A stretch of DNA of 64,000 bases, taken from contig JAOADW010000008.1 in assembly GCA_026417115.1 (NCBI GenBank), positions 31,227-95,226 of the forward strand. Direction: 5' to 3'. Below are positions 44,310 to 53,493 of this stretch, one piece after another. The stretch is from Rhodocyclaceae bacterium (GTDB lineage Bacteria; Pseudomonadota; Gammaproteobacteria; Burkholderiales; Rhodocyclaceae). The notes under the pieces were generated by a model. It saw only the letters and a program-made list of their open reading frames with translations. It was not told the origin of the DNA and made no database searches. Positions within the stretch are counted from its first letter, which is position 1. Each line of letters begins with the position of its first letter. The translations under genes and the position numbers were made by a program.

Positions 44310-44798
44310 TCAGTCTCCTCTCTCTTCCGATCCTTGGGCGGCGGTGATGTCTGCGATCACCTCGCCGCTGATGCGATACGATTTGCCTCTAAACAGCGCG
44401 ATGATCTTGCCGTTTCGGTTTCGCACGGTGACGTCATAGACGCCGGTACGCCCGGATAACGAGCGTTCCACGGCCTCTGCCTCCAAGATGTCGCCGATTT
44501 TTGCGGGCGCCAAGAAGTCGATATGACATGCCGAAGCCACCGTGTTTTTGTTGTAACTATTGCATGCATAAGCAAATGCCGAATCCGCCAAAGTGAAAAT
44601 CAAACCCCCGTGACATACATGATGGCCATTGACCATGTCTGCACGCACGGTCATCACCAAGCGGGCATAACCTGGACGCACTGCAACGATGCGGATGCCA
44701 AGCAGCTGGCTAGCCGCATCCTTGGGCCACATCGCACGCGCCACTTCTTCGGCGAGCCGTTCGGCTTCATGGCTTGCATGGAGAGTTTTCTCACTCAT
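44310..44798 (-). CDS. paaI: Phenylacetyl-CoA thioesterase (hotdog fold)
   Basis: [25 protein letters not shown]. Confidence 0.93.
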   Translation of the reverse strand: MSEKTLHASHEAERLAEEVARAMWPKDAASQLLGIRIVAVRPGYARLVMTVRADMVNGHHVCHGGLIFTLADSAFAYACNSYNKNTVASACHIDFLAPAKIGDILEAEAVERSLSGRTGVYDVTVRNRNGKIIALFRGKSYRISGEVIADITAAQGSEERGD

Positions 44799-46302
44799 GA
44801 CATTTTTTCCTTGCCTCACACCGCTGCAATAGCCAGGGCGAGATCCGATATCTTTCTTCGCCATACACTTCGGCGAGATGGCGCAAGGCCATGACTACCC
44901 TGTCTAAGCCGAGCGCATCTGCCCAAGCCAGTGGGCCAAGCGGATAATTGAGACCAAGTTTCATCGCATGATCGAGGTCGGCAGCACTGCATACCCCTTG
45001 ATTGACTGCATCTGCCGCCTCATTGATCAACATCGCCACCGTCCGTAAAACGATCAAAGCAGGAACGTCGGCTATGCGTACGACACGATAGCCCGCTGCT
45101 TGCAACAAACCGATTGCCTCCTTTGCGGCGGCTTCGGAGCATCGTTCGGCGCATGCGATGGCAAGCGTGCCGGCCTCTGCGTAATCGAGCGCAAGATCGA
45201 CCACGATGGCATTGCCACACTCCATTTCTGCCGCACGGCGGGTGGCAGTACGGCCATCCGAAAGGTAGAGCGCAGCGTCCCCGACGGTCGCGAGACGGCC
45301 ATCGGGATGCGCACTTGCGCAGCACACGCGCAAGCGCGTCGAAATCGCCTGAGCCGCCTTGCTTTCCCCATGGATGGTGAAGTTTTCCGGCTTAGGTTCG
45401 GGCGGTGCCCAATTCGGCGTCATGGGTAAGGCGCCCGCACGGTAGTCGTAAAAGCCTCGTCCACTCTTGCGGCCCAAGAAGCCTGCCGCGACGAGCTCTG
45501 CCTGTACTGGAGAAGGTCGATAACGCGCATCATGGAAAAACGCTTGCCAAATCGATCGCGTCACCGCGAAATTGACGTCCTGGCCGATCAAATCCATCAA
45601 TTCGCAAGGGCCCATGCGAAAGCCGCCTGCCTCCCTGATCACTGCGTCGAGTGTGGCAGGGGTGCAGGCCTTCTCGCTCAGGAGTCGCAACGCTTCTCCA
45701 TAAAAAGGCCGCGCCGCGCGATTGACGATGAAACCTGGACTAGAAGCAGCATGGACGGGTTTCTTTCCCCACGCTTTGGCAGTCTCGTAGAGTGTTTGCG
45801 CAGTCGCGGAGGAAGTCGCCAAGCCACTGACGATTTCGACCAAGGCCATCACCGGCGCCGGGTTGAAGAAATGCATGCCCGCAAGCCGTTCTGGACGTTC
45901 GAGCGCGGCGCCGATCGCGGTCACCGAGAAAGACGACGTATTGGTCGCAAGCAAGCAGCTGGGCTGTATCAGTCGCTCCAGCTCGCGCAATAACGCTTGT
46001 TTGGCTTCTAGGTCCTCGACGATTGCTTCGATGACGAGATCGGCCGCAGCCAAGTCAGCCAGCGATTGGACGACGTTGATCCGCTGCATCACCTCGTGCG
46101 CCTGCGCGGACGAGAGTTTGCCTTTTTCCACCAAGCGCCCCAGTTGTTCGCGGATCAAGTTCACCGCTTTCAGGGCGGCCTCCCCAGACTGGTCATATAA
46201 CCATACGGGGTGGCCGGCCACAGCTGCGACTTGAGCGATGCCAGCTCCCATGGTTCCCGCCCCGACGACGGCCACTCGAGCGGATGGGCTAAGCGCCGCC
46301 AT
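44791..46302 (-). CDS. paaH: 3-hydroxyadipyl-CoA dehydrogenase
   Basis: [19 protein letters not shown], duplicated C-terminal domain. Confidence 0.92.
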   Translation of the reverse strand: MAALSPSARVAVVGAGTMGAGIAQVAAVAGHPVWLYDQSGEAALKAVNLIREQLGRLVEKGKLSSAQAHEVMQRINVVQSLADLAAADLVIEAIVEDLEAKQALLRELERLIQPSCLLATNTSSFSVTAIGAALERPERLAGMHFFNPAPVMALVEIVSGLATSSATAQTLYETAKAWGKKPVHAASSPGFIVNRAARPFYGEALRLLSEKACTPATLDAVIREAGGFRMGPCELMDLIGQDVNFAVTRSIWQAFFHDARYRPSPVQAELVAAGFLGRKSGRGFYDYRAGALPMTPNWAPPEPKPENFTIHGESKAAQAISTRLRVCCASAHPDGRLATVGDAALYLSDGRTATRRAAEMECGNAIVVDLALDYAEAGTLAIACAERCSEAAAKEAIGLLQAAGYRVVRIADVPALIVLRTVAMLINEAADAVNQGVCSAADLDHAMKLGLNYPLGPLAWADALGLDRVVMALRHLAEVYGEERYRISPWLLQRCEARKKCHE

Positions 46303-46305
46303 CGG

Positions 46306-47106
46306 TCATGCTCCACGAAAAAGCGGCGGCCGCTTGGCCAAGAATGCACTCACCCCCTCGGCATAATCGGCGCTAGCGCCGAGCTCACGCATGAAAGTAG
46401 CTTCCATTGACAGCTGCTGCTCGAGGGTGTGGGTCGCTGCGTTGTGCATGGCTTGGCGCATGCGGCGGTAGGCCAACGTCGGTCCTGCCGCCAATTGCTG
46501 CGCGACCGCTTCGACTCGCCATGGAAATTCATCGTCCTCCACGCATTGCCAGATCATCCCCCACTCCGCTGCCTTTTCGGCCGATAGCTTCTCCGCCAAC
46601 AAAGCAAGCCCCATGGCGCGCGCTAGACCAATGCGCTGCGGCAAAAACCAAGTGGCGCCGGTATCGGGAATCAGGCCAACCTTCGCAAACGCAAGCAAGA
46701 AATAAGCTGACTTGGCAGCGATCGCGATGTCGCAGGCGAGCGCAAGGCTCACACCGGCTCCGGCAGCCACGCCATTGACGGCGGCTATGGTAGGCACTCG
46801 TAAATTGGCAAGCCGCATGACCAAAGGTTTGTAGTCGTTTTCGACGGTATCGCCGAGATTGGGAGCCTGGCCCTGCGCCAATTGCACGCCGCGGTCAGCG
46901 AGATCCTGCCCTGCGCAGAAGGCCCGCCCCGCTCCGGTAATGACCAGGACACGCACCGATTCATCGGCTTGTACCCCGTCGAGTGCAGCGCGTAATTCGG
47001 CATGCATCGTCGCCGTGAAACTGTTGAGTTTTTCAGGCCGAGCGAGCGTGATGAAGGCCATTCCGCCCCGATTTTCAAACCGTATTTCTCGGTAATCCAT
47101 CATCAA
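46306..47106 (-). CDS. paaG: 1,2-epoxyphenylacetyl-CoA isomerase
   Basis: FCAGQDL, NGVAAGAG, GLIPDTG (catalytic Asp), crotonase fold within the paa operon. Confidence 0.9.
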   Translation of the reverse strand: MMMDYREIRFENRGGMAFITLARPEKLNSFTATMHAELRAALDGVQADESVRVLVITGAGRAFCAGQDLADRGVQLAQGQAPNLGDTVENDYKPLVMRLANLRVPTIAAVNGVAAGAGVSLALACDIAIAAKSAYFLLAFAKVGLIPDTGATWFLPQRIGLARAMGLALLAEKLSAEKAAEWGMIWQCVEDDEFPWRVEAVAQQLAAGPTLAYRRMRQAMHNAATHTLEQQLSMEATFMRELGASADYAEGVSAFLAKRPPLFRGA

Positions 47107-48782
47107 CCCCCCGGAGCAATGTGGTAACGCCGCTGTACGACTCGAAAACGGTTCGCGACGAAGGCCGCGTCGCAGTAGGCTGCATTGGCAGCCGGATTGC
47201 CGCCCGTGCCATGGAAATCGGAAAAAGCCGCGGATTGATTGACATAGACGCCATTGGTGAGATTGATCGAGAGCGCGACTTTGGCGCGGAAGCTCGCTTC
47301 GATCATTGCGTCAATCACCGTCTCACGCGTCGAATAGAGGCTAGCGGTGAGTGCGCCACGTGTGGCGACGATGTGTTCAGCACGCTTGATCGCGGCATCC
47401 GTATCGGAAACACGAATGATGAAGCTGATCGGCCCGAAGCGCTCTTCCATATAGGCCATTTCGTCTTCGGCTTCGCAGGCCACAATCACGGGTGTGCGTA
47501 CTTCCGCCTGAGGATACGCAGGATTTTCCAATTTGCGCGGCGAAAGCACGACGCGCCCTAAGCGGCCCGAGGCGGCTTCCTCGATGCGCGCAAGCGTCGC
47601 TGGCGATTGGATCGCCCCTAAAACCGCGTGCGCGACTTCGGGCTTCTCCAGCAACTTATCGACGGCCGCCGCGAGATCGGTGCACACTTCCTCGTATCGC
47701 TTCATACCGAGATTGGTCTGGATGCCGCCTGCAGGCACAAGAATCGCTTGCGAAGTGGTGCACATCTGTCCCGAATACAACGCGAGCGTAAAAGCCAAGT
47801 TTCGCAGCATGCCGTCATAATCATCGGTCGAATCTATGACGATCACATTGACGCCGGCAAGTTCGGCATAAACCTGCGCTTGCCGGCAATGCTCGATGAG
47901 CCAATTTCCGAATGCAGGTCCGCCCGTGAAGTCGATCGACTTCACCGCCTCATGGGTGACCAGGCGCTGTGTCGTTTCAGGACGATCCACGACGCACAAG
48001 GAGACGAGATTGGGATCCAAACCGTTTTCCAACAGCACTTCGCGCATCGTTTTGACCGTGATGGCCACCGGCAAAATGGCGTTTTCATGAGGTTTGAGGA
48101 TCACGGGATTACCCGTCGCCAGCGCAGCGAACAGGCCTGGGTAAGTGTTCCAGGTGGGGAAGGTGGAGCAGCCAAGCACGACTGCGACGCCACGGCCGAC
48201 GATTTCGAAATGTTTCTTCATCAAAAGGGGAGGATTTTTGCCTTGTGGCTTTTCCCATGTGGCAACAGCCGGAATAGCGCTCATCTCGCGATACGCCCAG
48301 GCCACCGCTTCCAGCCCGCGATCCTGGGCATGAGGTCCCCCCGCTTGAAACGCCATCATCCAGCCTTGCCCCGTCGTCATCATGACGGCATGGGCGATTT
48401 CGAAGCTCTGGCGATTCAGTCGAGAGAGCATCTCGAGGCAGATTCCGACACGGCCGGCTGGGCCAATCGTCTGCCAGCTGCGCATTGCTCGTTCCGCAGC
48501 GACGATCAAAGAATCGACCTCACAACAGGGATACTCCGTGCCAAGGGGAACACCGTAAGGGGATCGCTCGTTGCCGACCCAGCCGACCACGCCAGGCTGA
48601 TCGAGCTCGAAACGTCGGCCCAAGTGGGCCTCATAGGCGCGTTTGCCCTCTTCTGCGGCGCTTTCACCGTAGAACTTAGGGCTTGGCATCTCAGGGTATG
48701 GCGTCCAATAACCCCGCGTATGGATGGCCGCAAGCGCCGCGTCCAGGGTCTGCCGGTGTTTTTCGAACAATGGGTGTGACAT
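47103..48782 (-). CDS. paaN: PaaN-type aldehyde dehydrogenase (no MaoC domain)
   Basis: GGPHAQDRGLEA, CSTFPTWN, LYSGQMCT, FSDFHGTGGNPA. Confidence 0.88.
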   Translation of the reverse strand: MSHPLFEKHRQTLDAALAAIHTRGYWTPYPEMPSPKFYGESAAEEGKRAYEAHLGRRFELDQPGVVGWVGNERSPYGVPLGTEYPCCEVDSLIVAAERAMRSWQTIGPAGRVGICLEMLSRLNRQSFEIAHAVMMTTGQGWMMAFQAGGPHAQDRGLEAVAWAYREMSAIPAVATWEKPQGKNPPLLMKKHFEIVGRGVAVVLGCSTFPTWNTYPGLFAALATGNPVILKPHENAILPVAITVKTMREVLLENGLDPNLVSLCVVDRPETTQRLVTHEAVKSIDFTGGPAFGNWLIEHCRQAQVYAELAGVNVIVIDSTDDYDGMLRNLAFTLALYSGQMCTTSQAILVPAGGIQTNLGMKRYEEVCTDLAAAVDKLLEKPEVAHAVLGAIQSPATLARIEEAASGRLGRVVLSPRKLENPAYPQAEVRTPVIVACEAEDEMAYMEERFGPISFIIRVSDTDAAIKRAEHIVATRGALTASLYSTRETVIDAMIEASFRAKVALSINLTNGVYVNQSAAFSDFHGTGGNPAANAAYCDAAFVANRFRVVQRRYHIAPGG

Positions 48783-48813
48783 GAAGAAGCTCCTCAGGCA
48801 AGGCTTGATCTAA

Positions 48814-48858
48814 ACATTACACACAATAAAAACTGGTGTCAATATTCGGTATCACTTT
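48814..48858 (-). promoter_or_regulatory. Sigma70 promoter of the paaN operon with an overlapping PaaX-type site
   Basis: Minus strand TTGACA-N17-TAATGT; half-site GTATCA at 48849-48854. Confidence 0.65.
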
Positions 48859-48998
48859 ATTATGCACATAGTCGACTCACCATATAGCTCATAACATGTT
48901 ACGCAATAAATAATCATTTATAAACAAAGCGATATTTATCGATCTTGAGGTGATTTTTCAAATTTTCTAACGAGAGTGCCGCACCTGTCTTACCGTTT

Positions 48999-49041
48999 AG
49001 ATACTAGTTTTGTTGACTTTCAAATTTTTTTGTATCATGAT
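48999..49041 (+). promoter_or_regulatory. PaaX-type bipartite operator spanning the promoter of the diiron gene
   Basis: AGATAC-N27-GTATCA (48999-49037), compare E. coli PaaX TGATTC-N27-GAATCA; TTGACT-N17-CATGAT overlaps it. Confidence 0.7.
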
Positions 49042-49086
49042 TACCCTATACCGAGCTAGATCACCCACCACAAGGAGGAGCCTACG

Positions 49087-50115
49087 ATGTCACAGACCAA
49101 GGAACGTCTCGCAGACAAGATGGAATTTCCGCCCGAAACCCAGCAGCCCAATGTCTTTCCACTCTCCTGGCACACCCAGACGCGCAAGCTGCAAGAGGTC
49201 TGGGAGGCCGCTTTACGTGAAAACTGGGATCCCGAAAAACTACCCTGGGACACCCTCGATGTCGAAAGCTATTCCTGGGAAGAGCGCGAAGCCATCGGGT
49301 ATTGGTGGACGCTCTTGTCCGTCTTCGATGCTTCCGCCCCCCCTGTGTTCGCGCAGGCCCTCATCAAAACCTATGAGGTACACGAGGAAGACCCTGCTCG
49401 CAAGTGCTTCTTCTCGGTCACGCGAGATGAGCAAAACCATGAAATCATGTGCGGGCTTGCGATCAGAAAGATGCTCGGGCATCCCGATCCCTTGACTTAT
49501 CAGCCCAAGACAGACCTGGGCCGGCGCCTGCAAAAAAATGCCAAATGGCTATACTACAATGGGGGTCGTTATTGGAACGGCTACAAACAGGCAGTTCCCA
49601 AGTATTCGCTAGCGGTTTTGTTCAGCTCCTTTTTGATGGGGGAAATCGCCGCGGCGACGATCTTCAAGCAGATGTACGAAAACACGCGCGAGGCCGTATT
49701 CAAAGAAGGCTTCCGCCACATCGGACGTGATGAAGGCCGTCACATGGCGATCTGCATGGCCGTGATGGAGCGCGATTACCCGAAACTCGCCACGGAAGAC
49801 AAGGCGCTCGTCACCAAGCAGATCCGCGCTGGCTATCTTTTCCTCTCTGCCGTCTTGTTCGAGCCACCGATGGATTTCTGGGATCTTCCGGCCGATTTCA
49901 TTCCCAATCAGCGCGAAGCCGAGGAAGTCGCGCGTGGCGCCGGTTTTGGCATCCCGACCTATGAAGCGAAATTGCAAAACTGGCGGCAGGCGATGCTGAA
50001 CATGAAGGGCGTGCTCGACCGCTATGGCATAGCTTTCCCGGCGATTCCTGAAGTCGGCATTACCGGCGAAGAAATCACCGAGGTCGACATGGCCGACATT
50101 ATTCCCGTTTTTTGA
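49087..50115 (+). CDS. Uncharacterised ferritin-like diiron-carboxylate protein (candidate oxygenase)
   Basis: D81, E115xxH118, E186, E216xxH219 ligand pattern; strong RBS AGGAGG. Confidence 0.8.
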   Translation: MSQTKERLADKMEFPPETQQPNVFPLSWHTQTRKLQEVWEAALRENWDPEKLPWDTLDVESYSWEEREAIGYWWTLLSVFDASAPPVFAQALIKTYEVHEEDPARKCFFSVTRDEQNHEIMCGLAIRKMLGHPDPLTYQPKTDLGRRLQKNAKWLYYNGGRYWNGYKQAVPKYSLAVLFSSFLMGEIAAATIFKQMYENTREAVFKEGFRHIGRDEGRHMAICMAVMERDYPKLATEDKALVTKQIRAGYLFLSAVLFEPPMDFWDLPADFIPNQREAEEVARGAGFGIPTYEAKLQNWRQAMLNMKGVLDRYGIAFPAIPEVGITGEEITEVDMADIIPVF

Positions 50116-50126
50116 GCGCAGCCATC

Positions 50127-51176
50127 ATGTCCAGAATCATCTTGCATCCATCGGGCAAAGCCGTCGAGTGCGGGGCAGGCGACACCGTGCTGATGGCCTT
50201 GGAGAAAGCGGGGTATGCCTTGCCCAACAATTGTCGCGCAGGAGCTTGCGGCGAATGCAAGGTCAAAGTGCTTGCCGGCCAGTTCGATCAGGGCATGGTT
50301 CTGGACATGGCGCTTTCGACCGAGGAAAGACGACAAGGCTATGGGCTGATGTGTATGGCGAAGCCCCTGTCCGAGGAACTGACGATCGAATGGGGGACCG
50401 AAGACGCACGGCCCAAACTGTTTCCACCCCACGAGAACATGCTCTTTGTCGTCATCGACAAGCGCGCTGTGGCTGCGCGTGTCGTCGAATTACGCTTACG
50501 CCCCGTTGGCCCGCCGATGCGTTATTGGCCTGGACAATATGTGATGTTTGGCAATGCCGAAGCCGGCGCGCCGCTCCGCGCCTATTCGATTGCCAATGCG
50601 CCTCGTCCGGACGGCGAGATCGTGCTGCATGTCGCTCGCGTCGAGAATGGTCAAACCAGCGTGTGGATTCACGATCACCTCGAGATCGGCGCCACCGTGA
50701 AAATTTCCGGCCCTTACGGAACCTTCATCGGCGACCCGACGGTCGAGACGCCCGTGCTGTGTTTGGCAGCCGGAACGGGTTTGGCGCCAATCCTTGCCCT
50801 TGCCGAAGCGGCGTTGCGCCGAGGTTTCCGTAAGCCGGTCATGATCTTGATCTCCGCGCGTACGCGCGCCGATGTCTATGGCGTAGGCATGCTTTCCTGG
50901 TGGCGCACCAAACACCGTCTATTCGACTACCGCATCACTCTCACACGCGAGCAGGCCGAAGGATATCTTTTCGGACGCATCGATGCGGTGTTGCCACCAT
51001 TGATGCCAGACCTCTCACGGCATTCAGTCTTCGTGGCGGGCAGTCCTGCATTCGTCGAAACCTGCGTCGACCTCGTCAAAAGATTGGGAGCCGTAGAGCA
51101 GGCGATCCATACCGAAAGCTTTTATGCCCAACAAAAACCGGTGATCGCCGATCCCTCTCACCTACTCGCGTGCTAA
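50127..51176 (+). CDS. 2Fe-2S/FAD/NAD(P)H oxygenase reductase
   Basis: CRAGACGEC...LMC, RAYSIA, GPYG, AAGTGLAP. Confidence 0.9.
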   Translation: MSRIILHPSGKAVECGAGDTVLMALEKAGYALPNNCRAGACGECKVKVLAGQFDQGMVLDMALSTEERRQGYGLMCMAKPLSEELTIEWGTEDARPKLFPPHENMLFVVIDKRAVAARVVELRLRPVGPPMRYWPGQYVMFGNAEAGAPLRAYSIANAPRPDGEIVLHVARVENGQTSVWIHDHLEIGATVKISGPYGTFIGDPTVETPVLCLAAGTGLAPILALAEAALRRGFRKPVMILISARTRADVYGVGMLSWWRTKHRLFDYRITLTREQAEGYLFGRIDAVLPPLMPDLSRHSVFVAGSPAFVETCVDLVKRLGAVEQAIHTESFYAQQKPVIADPSHLLAC

Positions 51177-52189
51177 CTTTTCCGATTAAGGGGTATGATG
51201 CGCGCCTCTTCACAACCCAGCTTCCTCTGCCCGTGTTTGCCCTGCTTTCGCGTCGCATCGACGATTTCCGCCGGCAGACGCGGATTCGCACCACATCCCT
51301 GATCGTCACGCTCTTTGGCGATGTGGTCGTTCCGCATGGTGGGCGCATCTGGCTGGGCAGCCTGATCACGCTCCTGGCCCCTTTAGGCATTTCCGAACGC
51401 CTCGTGAGAACATCCGTGTTCCGCCTGACCCAGGAGGGGTGGCTTTCCGCGCAACCGCACGGCCGACGCGCCAACTATGAACTGACATCGGCCGGCCGGC
51501 GCCGATTCGATGAAGCATCACGCCATATTTATGCTTCCCATGCGCCGCAGTGGGACCGCCGTTGGCGCCTTTTGCTCGTCGTCGGCGAGCTCACGGTACA
51601 AGAGCGCGATGCGCTCCGACACGCCCTGTTCTGGCAGGGCTTCGGCCGCCTCGATGCCGCCACTTTCATTCATCCGAGCGCAGATCTCTCGGCCGCTTTC
51701 GACGCCCTTGTCGCCGAAGGACTCGCTGCGCTGCCTGGCAAACTAGCTCCGCTCATCGCGGCGGAATCGCATTTCGAATTTTCCGCTGGAAGCCGTGAGC
51801 TCGTCCGCCGCGCCTGGGATCTCAGCACACTTGCCACGGACTATACGGCCTTCGTCGCAGCCTACCTGCCGATCCTCGCAGAGCTCCGGCGACATCGCGG
51901 ACACGAACTCGCACCGCAAGAGGCATTCTTGTTGCGCTTATTGCTCATCCACGACTATCGACGGCTCTTGCTGCGTGACCCGGAGCTGCCGGATGTGTTG
52001 CTTCCGCAGGACTGGCCGGGCCAGCAAGCCCGCTTGCTGACGCGTGAGCTCTATCGTCGACTCTTTCCCACTTCTGAGCGTCATCTTGCAGAGCACTTGC
52101 GCCTAGCCGACGGTAGCTTCCCGCCGTTGGTTCCTGATTTGCCGCCCCGTTTTCCTGAAGATGACCCTTTGGCGATGATTTCGCTCTGA
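51170..52189 (+). CDS. paaX: Phenylacetate regulon repressor PaaX (start uncertain)
   Basis: SLIVTLFGD, ERLVRTSVFRL, LFWQGFG, HDYRRLLLRDPELP..LLP.DWPG. Confidence 0.92.
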   Translation: MLTFPIKGYDARLFTTQLPLPVFALLSRRIDDFRRQTRIRTTSLIVTLFGDVVVPHGGRIWLGSLITLLAPLGISERLVRTSVFRLTQEGWLSAQPHGRRANYELTSAGRRRFDEASRHIYASHAPQWDRRWRLLLVVGELTVQERDALRHALFWQGFGRLDAATFIHPSADLSAAFDALVAEGLAALPGKLAPLIAAESHFEFSAGSRELVRRAWDLSTLATDYTAFVAAYLPILAELRRHRGHELAPQEAFLLRLLLIHDYRRLLLRDPELPDVLLPQDWPGQQARLLTRELYRRLFPTSERHLAEHLRLADGSFPPLVPDLPPRFPEDDPLAMISL

Positions 52190-52209
52190 ATCGACACTAG
52201 AATGCAACG

Positions 52210-52995
52210 ATGAACGAGGAGACCGACGGCAAACACGGGGTCCAATCGCTCGAAATTGGCATCGCGCTGCTGCGCGCAATGGTCCAACAAGGGCAACGCG
52301 CGATGATGCTCAAGGACATCGCTGCTGCAGCAGGCATGTCAGCGCCGAAAGCTCATCGCTATCTCGTCAGCCTCGTACGCACGGGCCTCGTCGAGCAAGA
52401 TCCGGTCACCTCCCGCTACGATCTCGGCCCCTTCGCGCTTACCTTAGGCCTCGTAGCAATCGATCGTTTGGATCGCATACGGCACGGGCTTTCTGCGATC
52501 GCGGCTCTGCGTGACGAAATCAACGAAACCACGGCACTCGCCGTATGGAGCGAAAATGGCCCGGTAATCGTACGCTGGGAGCGGCCCCGGCGCCCCATCA
52601 CCGTCAATGTCGTAACCGGCACCGCGCTCGATTTGCTCACCTCTGCTTCGGGGCAAGTCTTTGCTGCTTGGCTTCCCCGTGAAGTCACTGCTGCACGCAT
52701 CGACCAAGAATTGGCGAGCATGCGCCACCCCACTCTCAAAAATCGAGAAGATGTAGAGCGACTGCTCGAGACAGTGCGGCAGGCAGGTTACGCACACGTC
52801 TCCGACTACCACTTGGTGCCTGGTGTCGAAGCCGTCGCCGCCCCGGTATTCAATTTCAAGCACGAAATCACGCTGGCCATGCTCGTCGTCGGCGTCAAGG
52901 GAATGTTCGACACCCGTCCCGATGGCCCCGTCGTCATCGCTTTGAAACGCGCCGCTACGAGGCTTTCCGAGCGCCTCGGCCACTGCCAAGCCTGA
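52210..52995 (+). CDS. IclR family transcriptional regulator
   Basis: GVQSLE, HTH AHRYLVSL, SASGQVF, AVAAPVF. Confidence 0.92.
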   Translation: MNEETDGKHGVQSLEIGIALLRAMVQQGQRAMMLKDIAAAAGMSAPKAHRYLVSLVRTGLVEQDPVTSRYDLGPFALTLGLVAIDRLDRIRHGLSAIAALRDEINETTALAVWSENGPVIVRWERPRRPITVNVVTGTALDLLTSASGQVFAAWLPREVTAARIDQELASMRHPTLKNREDVERLLETVRQAGYAHVSDYHLVPGVEAVAAPVFNFKHEITLAMLVVGVKGMFDTRPDGPVVIALKRAATRLSERLGHCQA

Positions 52996-53121
52996 TTTCC
53001 ACAACCTTCTGGACCCGCTTTGCGGGGCCAGCGTCACGCTTATCCCCTCACGCAGCACGGGTAACCCGCACCCCAGGACTTATGCGCCTGCACTCATTCC
53101 CTTTTTTCCTCGATCTCTATT

Positions 53122-53195
53122 TATTACATGCACTCAGAACAATAAAAAAAATTTGTATCACTTTTCTTGACAGCGTTTGTTACGCATTACAGAAT
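53122..53195 (+). promoter_or_regulatory. Promoter of the ABC/catabolic operon with an upstream PaaX-like site
   Basis: TTGACA(53167)-N17-CAGAAT; TATTAC-N27-GTATCA (53122-53160). Confidence 0.6.
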
Positions 53196-53493
53196 CAATT
53201 CTGTCTTTGTAAATCCGATCATCAGGCCACATGTCTATACGCGCTGAAACATGGCCTCCCTCCGGGACGGGAATTCGCCCCAGGCGCTTTCTTGCTGCGG
53301 CTCCTATGCCGCTGCGCGTCTGCGAGCGTATCCCGCAACTCCAGTCTCGTGTTCAGGACCTCCCTACCCTGGGGCAGCGCCAGATCCGGCGATCGTGGCG
53401 CTGGCGCTCGACCCCGATTCCTAACCCACAAACCAAAGCATTCGCTTTCCGGCCGATCCTCCAAGGTCGCAGGGAACGCTCACGCGGAGTCTG

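Noticed and set aside
47628-48779. Long antisense ORFs (for example 383 aa opposite paaN, 382 aa opposite nadC/DMT)
   Set aside because: Shadow frames of well-supported genes in GC-rich DNA
49087-50115. Ribonucleotide reductase R2 subunit
   Set aside because: No radical Tyr after the first ExxH, no R1 partner, and it is paired with an oxygenase-type reductase
53009-53031. Hairpin after the IclR gene as an intrinsic terminator
   Set aside because: A stem is present but there is no U-tract, so it is too weak to call
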